Below are positions 10,401 to 18,426 of a stretch of DNA of 64,000 bases, piece after piece. A model generated the notes under the pieces. That model did not search any database, was not told the DNA's origin, and saw only the letters and a list, made by a program, of their open reading frames with translations. Position 1 is the first letter of the stretch, and each line of letters begins with the position of its first letter. The stretch is from IMG/VR virus record IMGVR_UViG_3300005265_000003; one strand, written 5' to 3'. This DNA is from an uncultured virus (IMG/VR IMGVR_UViG_3300005265_000003). Taxonomy: Duplodnaviria > Heunggongvirae > Uroviricota > Caudoviricetes. Position numbers and translations under genes: made by a program.

Positions 10401-11530
10401 CAACTCCTGAAGTTCCTTCATTTCTTACAGGCGAAGACATTGATATAGCGTTAGAGTATGCAAATGCTCAATATGAGCTGAGACAGGCCATCTCTTCACT
10501 ACAAAGCATTCTTTTGGAGACAGTCGATTCGTTAGTTGAGCATGGGCTGGTGTCTGGAGAAATCGCTGATGCATATTATGATTTGCTTGGATTGATTGAT
10601 GAGATTAAATCCAAAGAGGCGGAATACCAGGAGGCTCTTGATGAGACCGACTTAGGTATATCTAGCCTCACAGAAACTATGTGGAATTACTGGATGAGCT
10701 TACGAGATGTAGAAGGAGAACCTATTCAGGAAACCTTCATGGAAGCAGCTGCAGGTCTTGGTATATTCACTGATGCTTTGTATGATTCCGATAGGATGCT
10801 GCAATATATCCGAGATATTCTACAAGATCAGACCATAACTTGGGACACACTTACTGATGAGCAAGCAGTTGCAGCACTAACGCTCGGAACACTAAGCTGG
10901 AAATATCTTGAGTTATATAACGTCATAAAGGCGCATGATATATTAGAATTAATTCCGGGTGCGGATAGTTGGGATGGCTTCATGCAAGCAGTCAGCGAAA
11001 TGAAAACAAGAGCCCTTCCACCACTATGGGAACTTGAGGGAACTCTCAATGGAATAGATTTAGCATTGCAAAAAATACAGGAAAAATCAACTATTGATGT
11101 GAAGATTAATTTCAGGACAGTAGGCCCCAGTGAAGCAGCTCTTCAAGCGCTTTTGGCTGGTTTTGCGGCGGTACCACCTATAGGCCTTGGAATGTGGCTT
11201 GGTCGTGCTATTGCTGGAATTTTTGGCGGACAATACGGCGGTCTGGTAAAAAAGCCTACACTTGCACTAATAGGAGAAGCCGGACCTGAATTAGTATTGC
11301 CTCTTAAATATCCAAGACGCACTATGACCTTGCTATCGTATGTATTGCCTAGATATCTCAAATCATTACCAACTGCTCAGTATGGAGGATTATATACCGC
11401 TACAACGCCAGCATCAACGTATAATACCGAGAATATCAATATACTCGGTCCAATGTATGTAGAAGCTGGTGGTGACATAAATGAATTCCTGTACAATCTT
11501 AAATATGCAGCTAGGATGGCCGCACCATGA
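7409..11530 (+). CDS. Tape measure protein (TP901-type core)
   Basis: 1373 aa; YSANEIAEAMYSIASAG and GYEGSQAGQRLN core; hydrophobic central segment; long coiled coil; C-terminal GGLVKKPTLALIGEAGPELVLPL. Confidence 0.93.
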   Translation: MVRVGGTPLGTGVIQITADIRDAILAIKYKLTAECQRATDAIKKHFDTLGKRLEAKLPTQMQAVARSAADKAITQVERFRDRLKLLWHHIQHYLSFTIGVQIVMRSIRALQQTIDLFTEFEKRVVMAAAVSGYFGKAFDVATASIQRLALTLSRRTIYSANEIAEAMYSIASAGYDVGKITERELIPILNYAAAQQIDLNDATELVIKTFKEFGDTGETIESIVDKFTAAISNSFLNAQRLAEGMKYVGAMAAEVGVSLDETLGALAVLVDRGYEGSQAGQRLNMILTKLLKPTEEAKEALNSLGLTIEDLNPETNSLVEILYKLRAAGFSAAEASAMFRARTAAAALTLVENADAVARLTMQLQYSAGLTEELARRQINTLSGALALLRNNVVALAIAIGRDLKPLILTTAGAIEDYLLPVVRALSAPLSAFGTILSRASGGGKAFIGILLSMTVAGVATLGLLKMLSFTLKLVGKEFIAESIKAATFRKSLTALGVGVGSFINQALNLQSTASLVALSFGMITGELLLFATLGDKIPSSIQSITVSLTFLITVLLNLKNTAISARTAMLSIVPAIVGVSAAAAATNLAGMNSILGKTIATITSLSGSLISLGLTFKLVGISATSLLGIFGILITVGTIIASIWGKDIANALQGVYERLVPWESRTYKAVVASRKLSEALSEYRSHISTLRELQEEHDRLNKELEEAKAAGEDVAEVLERLNEVEKEMQATSNNVASSWKNIVSIIANATPNLGKYVKSLEDYYSTSSELRNLEERKAELYAELEKKQDEYSKAVAIYGAASEEARSIWNDIIRISRDYSDVVDQIADKEGELNKLEDQRKDIMDDLVKGEKELAEAADDLYEAHYNYVELMSKRIITESKLEALESLRSDINKILTEKIGKLAEAELKLKKIEEALYKLRKDNLSRVRSLWDALVKEGWITEDMIEGKEDLEKAYGDLMKAQVRYSRLLGRLTPEQREILSRWVEEYVKALEEGLPTPEVPSFLTGEDIDIALEYANAQYELRQAISSLQSILLETVDSLVEHGLVSGEIADAYYDLLGLIDEIKSKEAEYQEALDETDLGISSLTETMWNYWMSLRDVEGEPIQETFMEAAAGLGIFTDALYDSDRMLQYIRDILQDQTITWDTLTDEQAVAALTLGTLSWKYLELYNVIKAHDILELIPGADSWDGFMQAVSEMKTRALPPLWELEGTLNGIDLALQKIQEKSTIDVKINFRTVGPSEAALQALLAGFAAVPPIGLGMWLGRAIAGIFGGQYGGLVKKPTLALIGEAGPELVLPLKYPRRTMTLLSYVLPRYLKSLPTAQYGGLYTATTPASTYNTENINILGPMYVEAGGDINEFLYNLKYAARMAAP

Positions 11531-14500
11531 TAGAGGTAATTTTTAATTCTGGCACAACTGAGGAGGTCATTGTTCCGTCTTCTGCGATTGAGCGATTTGA
11601 GATATTTAATTCCGATAATGCATACTATCAATCCGCTCATCTATTGCTTCATGGTATAAGTTTTACTCCCGAAATAAATGACACTCTACAAATCTATATA
11701 AATGACTCCCTTGAATTTAATGGCTATGTATCCCGTGTAAACAAAGACTTAGCTGGAACGCATGTATATAAAATTCAAGCTATTGGGAAAACCTATGATT
11801 TAAAGCGATTCTATGTCTCCGAAGCGACATATGAAAATGTAACTTCTGCGTACATTGCATCCTCCCTTGTCACCAATTTCACTACGCTATCCGGAACATT
11901 CATTAACCCCACTGAGGGTGTCCTTATCGACAGCATCTCGTTTAAAAATAAGACCGTACTTGACTGTCTTAGTCAGCTCACAAAAGTCGATGGATACAAA
12001 TTTTATGTGGATAACAATGATAATGTTCACTACTATAAAGTGGTGCCAAGCTCTGTAGGCATCTTCACAGACAATGATATCCTAAAAATTATAGAGCTGG
12101 AAATATCAGACGATAGGCTTTATAATGATATTCATCTAACTGGAGGCGAATGGTATTCGAATATCATTGACTATTCTGCAACGCCTACAGACCGTGTTTA
12201 TATATCTAGTACGAATGAACAGGTAGCAATACGAATTGACAAGCCCGCTAACTCCACTTATCTTAAAGGCTTCAACATTTATTTATCTAAATCAACCACT
12301 GATCCCAAACGTTTATTAGTCAGAAACTTGGATGAGGGATTTGATGTAATGACAGAATCCGGTCAAGTTGTTTATATTAATGCTGACCGATTATCATCCT
12401 CCACAGCCTGGACCGATTGGATTGACTACTATCGCTCTGGTGTTAAAGTACCACAGGTCTCATTTTTAGAATTTAGCTGCCCCGATTTAGCAGCTGGTAC
12501 CTGGTGGGCTTTTGAATGTAAAGACGTGCCCTCATCTAATACCTATAACGTGTCACCCTCTGGATATTGCGACCTCATCGGAGTTCGGAATTCTTATGAT
12601 TTCGGGTTTGTTTCTGGGAATGGAATAACGATTGATTTTGAAGGTCGATGTGTTGGTGATTATCTTAGAGGCGAGGAAGTTCTCAATTCTTATAGCGATG
12701 GAAGTCTTAACTGTTCAGGTCTTATTGATGACACACCAAAAATTTATATCAGCGGCAGTTTTGATGGAACAATATTGTATAATGCAAAAGACTATATTAC
12801 GATAGTCGGCGACGATATGCACACATATCCACGCTTACAAATCGGGCTTTATGACTCGACCAGGAATTTTGGGTTTGGAGTTGCTCATAGTCTAGTAAAA
12901 GAGCCTAATATCCACTATTTTGTTACCTTAAGCTGGGCGATGAAAAGCACTATAGAAGATGAAGATGTCTTAGCTGAATTTAGAAAATTTAATGAAGATG
13001 GCACAATATATATAAGTAAAACAAAGCAGATATACGATGGAGATGTATGGCTGAATGTAGTTTGCCGAAATGGCGCCTTTACACCAGGAGTTGGAGGGGT
13101 ACATGTCATCTCATTCAGGGAGCCATCAGCAACAGGTAAATATTTCCTAAAATACGTTTATTGGGATGATGCCGTATCCACTGCAAATGACAAAGTTATC
13201 GATAAATATTACGGCTCAAATCGTTGTTCTGGTGCACCGGCATATTCTGAAAACTACTGGTATATACTTTATCATTTAGGTTCGTCTATTTACCTCGATA
13301 AATGGAATGATGATATGAGTTCGAAGATTGCTACTTATGGCATATCGTTATCTTCCCCAGGAACGGGATACTCTCCTATCGAAATTCCATTTGCTTATAT
13401 ACCAAGCGGGCTTTCAGATGAGTATTTCGTAGTTGTAGTACGGTGGACAAATGGTTCCACTTATAAGGCGACCGTGCATAGCATCCGACTAACTACTCGT
13501 AGTGAAATTGACCATTTACAGCTAGATTATCAGAATCCTGCTTTTGCACACTTCCTGCTTGATAGATTCTATCCACCTGTAATTGTCTTTGGCTGGAATG
13601 ATCGATTTGCGGCAGTTAAAATAAATACTAATGGAACTCTTGAAAAGCTCGTGGAAAAGGTCGTCGAAGGGGACCCCTTTTCGCAGTTCCACATATCTCC
13701 AACAACCGGGGATTTGTATTTTGCCGGTTATGCCTTCCCATTTTTAAGGACAGATGATGTAGGTGTAAGTGTCCCTTGGGAGGATCATCCTGCTATCTAC
13801 AATGGTTATTTCATTGGCAGATATATTTATTATGTGTACGGCGACGCTCCAGGATATTTTAGGCGGTACGATGTTATCACTGATAGCTGGGTCACATTAA
13901 CGGAATTGAATTTTGCTGATGACTATTATCGATATGGAACTCTAATTATGATTCCTGCTTACACAAGTTGGCAGATCACCAAGAAAACCGCTCCAGTGTT
14001 CTTCACTAAATGGAATGACTCTCAATCTGATAATCAAATCTATCTCGGGGTATTTCTTCCTACGCCGTCTAGTATTACCCTCTATGTAGATAATGATTAT
14101 CAGCTTCATTTCGATACAGATTACGGACAATCCCAAGTTCTACCCAAACATAAATTGTATAATGGAGTAGGATTCGGAGATTACTGTTTTAACTTCGATA
14201 CAATTTACTCAGTAGTTGCTGGAACATCGGTAGAGACATCTAGTCATCTCGGGCATGTGTTCTATAAAATTAGTGGTTCGGCACAAATATTCGCTGAGAA
14301 TCCCACCATACCGTTAATCTATAAATCCACTGATTCTGGCAATACTTGGGTTAGCACGGATAAGATGGCAATTTTAAAGACTGGCTGGGATAAGGCTACT
14401 ATCGAAGCTCACGCATCCTCTCAAGAATCTGTTGAACAATACGGTTTGCATCCGCTAATTAAATCATTCCCAGAAATCACTTCAGTGAATGTCCTAGAAA

Positions 14501-14775
14501 ATATTGCTAATTCGCTGCTAGATGAATACGCTGAGCCATATCCATATGGTGCAATACTTGTGAGTGGTAATACCAATCTGGATATTGGTAAGACATTCTC
14601 GATTCAATCAGATAGACTTGGAAATTACGATGATCTTATGATTAAATCTTATCGCCATAAATTCGATAAAAAACTTGGATTCGTAACAGAGATTCGTTTT
14701 GGTCAGGAGGAGTTCAATATAGCAGCTGAAGTGGCTAAATTGAAGGAGTCTGTGTTTGGTGGAAATATCGTCTAA
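11527..14775 (+). CDS. Tail-tip/baseplate hub protein with a large internal (probably receptor-binding) insertion
   Basis: N-terminal hub half (FNGYVSRV...YKFYVDNNDNVHY...YNDIHLTGG) and C-terminal half (ESVEQYG...NLDIGKTF...GFVTEIRFG) separated by about 740 aa of aromatic/beta-rich sequence. Confidence 0.65.
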   Translation: MIEVIFNSGTTEEVIVPSSAIERFEIFNSDNAYYQSAHLLLHGISFTPEINDTLQIYINDSLEFNGYVSRVNKDLAGTHVYKIQAIGKTYDLKRFYVSEATYENVTSAYIASSLVTNFTTLSGTFINPTEGVLIDSISFKNKTVLDCLSQLTKVDGYKFYVDNNDNVHYYKVVPSSVGIFTDNDILKIIELEISDDRLYNDIHLTGGEWYSNIIDYSATPTDRVYISSTNEQVAIRIDKPANSTYLKGFNIYLSKSTTDPKRLLVRNLDEGFDVMTESGQVVYINADRLSSSTAWTDWIDYYRSGVKVPQVSFLEFSCPDLAAGTWWAFECKDVPSSNTYNVSPSGYCDLIGVRNSYDFGFVSGNGITIDFEGRCVGDYLRGEEVLNSYSDGSLNCSGLIDDTPKIYISGSFDGTILYNAKDYITIVGDDMHTYPRLQIGLYDSTRNFGFGVAHSLVKEPNIHYFVTLSWAMKSTIEDEDVLAEFRKFNEDGTIYISKTKQIYDGDVWLNVVCRNGAFTPGVGGVHVISFREPSATGKYFLKYVYWDDAVSTANDKVIDKYYGSNRCSGAPAYSENYWYILYHLGSSIYLDKWNDDMSSKIATYGISLSSPGTGYSPIEIPFAYIPSGLSDEYFVVVVRWTNGSTYKATVHSIRLTTRSEIDHLQLDYQNPAFAHFLLDRFYPPVIVFGWNDRFAAVKINTNGTLEKLVEKVVEGDPFSQFHISPTTGDLYFAGYAFPFLRTDDVGVSVPWEDHPAIYNGYFIGRYIYYVYGDAPGYFRRYDVITDSWVTLTELNFADDYYRYGTLIMIPAYTSWQITKKTAPVFFTKWNDSQSDNQIYLGVFLPTPSSITLYVDNDYQLHFDTDYGQSQVLPKHKLYNGVGFGDYCFNFDTIYSVVAGTSVETSSHLGHVFYKISGSAQIFAENPTIPLIYKSTDSGNTWVSTDKMAILKTGWDKATIEAHASSQESVEQYGLHPLIKSFPEITSVNVLENIANSLLDEYAEPYPYGAILVSGNTNLDIGKTFSIQSDRLGNYDDLMIKSYRHKFDKKLGFVTEIRFGQEEFNIAAEVAKLKESVFGGNIV

Positions 14776-14777
14776 TT

Positions 14778-16220
14778 ATGGCGCTCGATCCTGAAGACGG
14801 ATGGAATTTAGTATCCGAATTAAGCTTATCAGCAACTGACCCAACAAATCTATTAATGCATCTTATCGTATATTCAGGTTCTGGCACTAATAATCCTGCT
14901 AATTCAAAGATTTATTGCGATGGAAAATGCTTGAATTTTCCGAATGACATAAGGTTTGGAACAACAAATGATCCTGCAACTGCTGAACAGCTAAAGCAGT
15001 GGATTGAATATTATGATGATGAGAAAGCGTCTATTTGGATTCGTTTGCCTGCTGCCTCGACTTCCACTATCTATATGTTTATCAGGAATGCATCAGCAGG
15101 TTTCTATTCGGATACGACAACTTGGGATTTCTTTGATCATTTCACTACCATAGACGAGAATGTCTGGGAGGAAGTCGATTCAGATAATACCTGCAGTTAT
15201 TCCATAAGCGGTGGTACCTATTTACAATTAACTATGGATAATTCCACTTCGGAATATTTTCAGCATCACGGATTGAAAACGGTAGATACAATAATTTCAA
15301 GCCAAGAATTCATTGCATTAACAAGATGTTCTGCAGACTCCGGTCAAGGCGGCATATGGAGAATAGGATGGTTATCTGCATATAATAGTTGGGATAACGA
15401 TGATCATTTTCAGGTTGTTTATGATAGTGATATAGATGTGTGGACCATTGAGGATTATGCCGGCGGAAGTAGTCTTGGGCCTGATTCAAATCCGACTGAT
15501 TGGCGATTAGTGGCTCTGTATAGGAAGACTGATAACTACCCAAGAGGAGCTGTATATTCAGATTATTTTGGTGGAAATAAAATATGCAGCGGCTATCTTA
15601 ATGAGACATGGCCATCAAGCGAGCATTTAGGCCTTTTTGTCTCCCAAGAATTCGCTTCTGGGATATCTGTATATTATGATTGGGTTGCATATGGGAAGTA
15701 TTCTGCTGATGCTTCCTGGACAAATTTCGGTTCGTGGACATCTCTGCCCCTGTCTTTTCACATCAATTCACTGCTATCGAAAGTAACTAATGTCAATCAT
15801 CATTTTAACACAAAACTAACTCTCGAAAGATTAAGGTGTTTATATCTCTCTACCCGACTTACTCTTCCTGCTCAGAATCTGAAAATCTATAATGATTCAT
15901 TTTCGGATTACTATTATTGCAGTAGGTGGGATGAGGATAATTGGCGAATAATTGTAGAAATAATTGCTACGAAAGAAGGGCGAGATAATCTGCGAAACAA
16001 CATTACACCTGGTGCTGTTGCAGAATTATATAACATATTGGGACAGCCAAAGTTTATTGATACTACTTACTCATCGGGTAATACTATCACACTTGCACCT
16101 GTCCAAGGAAGGAATCTTGCCACTCTGAGGAATGCAACCACAGTTGCTGTGAAATCTTATTCAGAGACCATGCTTCGGTGGGATATGTTCCGCATAAAGC
16201 TTGAGTGCGTGAAACTATGA
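14778..16220 (+). CDS. DUF2341-like domain tail protein with a C-terminal domain paralogous to the next gene
   Basis: NFPNDIRF...WIEYYD...ASIWIRLP...TIYMF...WDFFDHF is the DUF2341-type pattern; the last ~115 aa align with 16217..16573. Confidence 0.6.
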   Translation: MALDPEDGWNLVSELSLSATDPTNLLMHLIVYSGSGTNNPANSKIYCDGKCLNFPNDIRFGTTNDPATAEQLKQWIEYYDDEKASIWIRLPAASTSTIYMFIRNASAGFYSDTTTWDFFDHFTTIDENVWEEVDSDNTCSYSISGGTYLQLTMDNSTSEYFQHHGLKTVDTIISSQEFIALTRCSADSGQGGIWRIGWLSAYNSWDNDDHFQVVYDSDIDVWTIEDYAGGSSLGPDSNPTDWRLVALYRKTDNYPRGAVYSDYFGGNKICSGYLNETWPSSEHLGLFVSQEFASGISVYYDWVAYGKYSADASWTNFGSWTSLPLSFHINSLLSKVTNVNHHFNTKLTLERLRCLYLSTRLTLPAQNLKIYNDSFSDYYYCSRWDEDNWRIIVEIIATKEGRDNLRNNITPGAVAELYNILGQPKFIDTTYSSGNTITLAPVQGRNLATLRNATTVAVKSYSETMLRWDMFRIKLECVKL

Positions 16221-16573
16221 ACGACCTTAGAATTTATGTCTCTGGTGGGTCCTATATCGAATGCCCCTGTGCTAGATGGGATGAAGAAGACTATTCAGTA
16301 ATCATTGAAACATATTTAAATAAAGACCAAAGGGATTTGTTACGGAATAATATCAGACCAGGTGCTGTAGCTGAATTGTATCGCATTTTAGGCAAGCCTG
16401 TTTATTATGATACCTCTTTTGGTTACAACACTATTACCATTAGTCCTATATCAGGAACCCAGCTAGCGAATATGCGTTCCGGTGTCACAGTCTACGTCAA
16501 GAACTATTCAGAGAAGATTCTTGATTCCAATGACTTCCATGTGAAGATAACCGGCTATATCTCTAGCCAGTAA
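16217..16573 (+). CDS. Small tail protein (possibly distal-tail-like)
   Basis: ATGA overlap at 16217; shares RWDE...RDxLRNNIxPGAVAELYxILGxP with the upstream protein's C-terminus. Confidence 0.5.
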   Translation: MNDLRIYVSGGSYIECPCARWDEEDYSVIIETYLNKDQRDLLRNNIRPGAVAELYRILGKPVYYDTSFGYNTITISPISGTQLANMRSGVTVYVKNYSEKILDSNDFHVKITGYISSQ

Positions 16574-17047
16574 TCAGATCAAAAACCAGGTATATTCGGT
16601 TATGTGCTTATTCGGGTCAATTTCATCTGTTTGAGGTTCTATGAAGTGAATGCTTAAATTCCCGTCAACATAGAAGTTCATGACATGACCTGTAGTTGAG
16701 TCAATACTAACGCCAGTGACTCCTACAGCCAAATTGCCATGCTTATTCCTGATATTCCGCCATAATGTGAATGCAAAGTCATCACAATCAAAGGTCTCAT
16801 TAACATAAGGAAGGAAATTAGTTTTGTCTGCTCTTAGGATGTTTTGCATTTCAGTAGTGTTTATCAGTGTGTATTTCTCATCCAGGACTATCACATAAGC
16901 CTTCGGATATTCGTATTTTAGGAGACTTTCTAATTGACGTCCTGTTATCGTGCCTTGAATTTCCTGAGGCTCATAGAGGAAGAATGCCGCTATTATGCCA
17001 GATAGAATCATCATTACTATAACCACAAATCCCCTATTAAACCCCAT
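16574..17047 (-). CDS. Membrane-anchored papain/transglutaminase-like cysteine hydrolase (MOA agglutinin C-terminal-like)
   Basis: N-terminal hydrophobic helix; FDCDDFA (Cys), GHVMN (His) and IEPQ motifs; has its own promoter. Confidence 0.6.
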   Translation of the reverse strand: MGFNRGFVVIVMMILSGIIAAFFLYEPQEIQGTITGRQLESLLKYEYPKAYVIVLDEKYTLINTTEMQNILRADKTNFLPYVNETFDCDDFAFTLWRNIRNKHGNLAVGVTGVSIDSTTGHVMNFYVDGNLSIHFIEPQTDEIDPNKHITEYTWFLI

Positions 17048-17072
17048 CTAAATCACCATTTTGCAGTCTGAA

Positions 17073-17087
17073 AGTATATACTTTTCG
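17073..17087 (-). promoter_or_regulatory. BRE-TATA-like promoter for the cysteine hydrolase gene
   Basis: Minus strand CGAAAAGTATATACT about 25 nt upstream of the ATG at 17047. Confidence 0.55.
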
Positions 17088-17159
17088 TGTGAAAAATCGA
17101 TTTTAATGCAGTTTGAGGTATATGTAGACATAATTAACAGCTGATTTTCCTATATTTGA

Positions 17160-17270
17160 CTAGGATATGCAGCCGAACAGCAGCCAGTACAGAAAGATGA
17201 CCAATGCCAGGCATCCGAGATAGATAGCGACTACTTCAAGGACATATGACCAGGTGCTTCTCTCCTTCAT
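17160..17270 (-). CDS. Small single-TM protein (MKERSTWSYVLEVVAIYLGCLALVIFLYWLLFGCIS)
   Basis: Read manually; ATGA overlap with the upstream minus-strand gene. Confidence 0.4.
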   Translation of the reverse strand: MKERSTWSYVLEVVAIYLGCLALVIFLYWLLFGCIS

Positions 17271-17461
17271 TTTATTCCGACTCCTTCTATCATCTCCTTT
17301 ATGCGTTTTAAGACGCCCTTGTAGTCCCAACCATCACTCACCAGCTCTACAGTCTTAAATCGCCAATTACATTCTCTACATCTGCGATATCTAAAGACTT
17401 TATCTTCCTTTACGATGGTCTTCTCTACATCCGTTTTACCTTTGCATCGTGGACAGAACAT
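17267..17461 (-). CDS. Stand-alone NrdR-like zinc ribbon (no ATP-cone)
   Basis: MxCPxC...RRxCxxCxxRFxTxE matches the NrdR N-terminal zinc ribbon. Confidence 0.65.
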   Translation of the reverse strand: MFCPRCKGKTDVEKTIVKEDKVFRYRRCRECNWRFKTVELVSDGWDYKGVLKRIKEMIEGVGIK

Positions 17462-17462
17462 G

Positions 17463-17588
17463 TTATCTTATAATGTGCATTAGCTCAACATTCAAACTGC
17501 CACAAGCTGGACATGATGGAAGCTCATTAGGACTGCTCCTCTTCACAAAATCTCTTCCACAATCCTTACATCTCCATCTGGCAATCAT
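17463..17588 (-). CDS. Small zinc-ribbon protein (FmdB-like)
   Basis: Read manually: MIARWRCKDCGRDF...CPACGSLNV. Confidence 0.55.
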   Translation of the reverse strand: MIARWRCKDCGRDFVKRSSPNELPSCPACGSLNVELMHIIR

Positions 17589-17589
17589 A

Positions 17590-17913
17590 CTAACCTCTCT
17601 CTATTATCTGCATATTGTATTCTTCTGGATTGAGCTGTCTAATAATCTCAATTGCTGCTTTATATGTCTTCTCAGGCTTGCCACATCCAAACACATCTAT
17701 AGCGGCATAATTATATTCTGGCCAAGTATGAGCCGAGAGATGACTTTCTGCAATGACTACCATTACGCTCTCGCCTTGAGGACTAAATTTGATTCTACGT
17801 TTGTCCTTAATATCAAAGCCGGCCTTTATAGCTGCTCGCTCTAGCACTGTCCCTATATCTTTTGTTGAATCATACTTCCACATATCTATTATGATGTGCT
17901 TTCCTATCGGCAT
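17590..17913 (-). CDS. speD: S-adenosylmethionine decarboxylase proenzyme
   Basis: GKHIIID, FSPQG and AESHLSAHTWPEYNYAAIDVFGCG (pyruvoyl-forming ES site). Confidence 0.92.
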   Translation of the reverse strand: MPIGKHIIIDMWKYDSTKDIGTVLERAAIKAGFDIKDKRRIKFSPQGESVMVVIAESHLSAHTWPEYNYAAIDVFGCGKPEKTYKAAIEIIRQLNPEEYNMQIIERG

Positions 17914-18056
17914 CTATTCACCTCCTATTATTTTCTCCTTCACAACTTTATAGAACGGATTCTTCAAATACCACTCAAAGTATGGATTAGTCTCTTTAAC
18001 CCAAAATTCTAAGTCTCTTGGCCTTATCAATCCTCTATATCGGACCTTCACCATTC

Positions 18057-18422
18057 TCATGAGCTCACCTTATAATCCACATGATTCTTCTGTCGTTCAT
18101 AATTCTCTTTCAACTTTCGCTTATAAGCCTCTGTAATTTCCTCTGCATCCATTCCCAAGAGAATGAATATCTGCAATAGGAAATGCAATGCATCTATGGC
18201 TTCTTCCTTCAACGCATCAATATCGAGCTCCTTCTCGTTCTTCCATGGTTTCCAATTCAACAGATGCAACATCTCGAATGCCTCATCTGCCAATGCAATA
18301 ACGAATGTCTTTAACATCTCGTTACAATCTGCTTCTCGGTACCATCTTCGGATGGATTTATAAAATAAGAAGAGGTTTTTCTGAAGGCCTAATAATTCCT
18401 CTAATTTGTCTTTCTCAGCCAT
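18057..18422 (-). CDS. All-alpha (dimeric dUTPase/MazG-like) nucleotide pyrophosphatase
   Basis: DEAFE...WKPWK...EEAIDALHF...YKRKLKENYERQ. Confidence 0.85.
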   Translation of the reverse strand: MAEKDKLEELLGLQKNLFLFYKSIRRWYREADCNEMLKTFVIALADEAFEMLHLLNWKPWKNEKELDIDALKEEAIDALHFLLQIFILLGMDAEEITEAYKRKLKENYERQKNHVDYKVSS

Positions 18423-18426
18423 AATC

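Noticed and set aside
5794..16573. Contractile (myovirus) tail
   Set aside because: No sheath or baseplate J/wedge genes recognised; the gene set and long tape measure fit a non-contractile tail
17267..17461. Full NrdR repressor regulating nrdJ
   Set aside because: Only the zinc ribbon is present; there is no ATP-cone, so the gene symbol was not assigned
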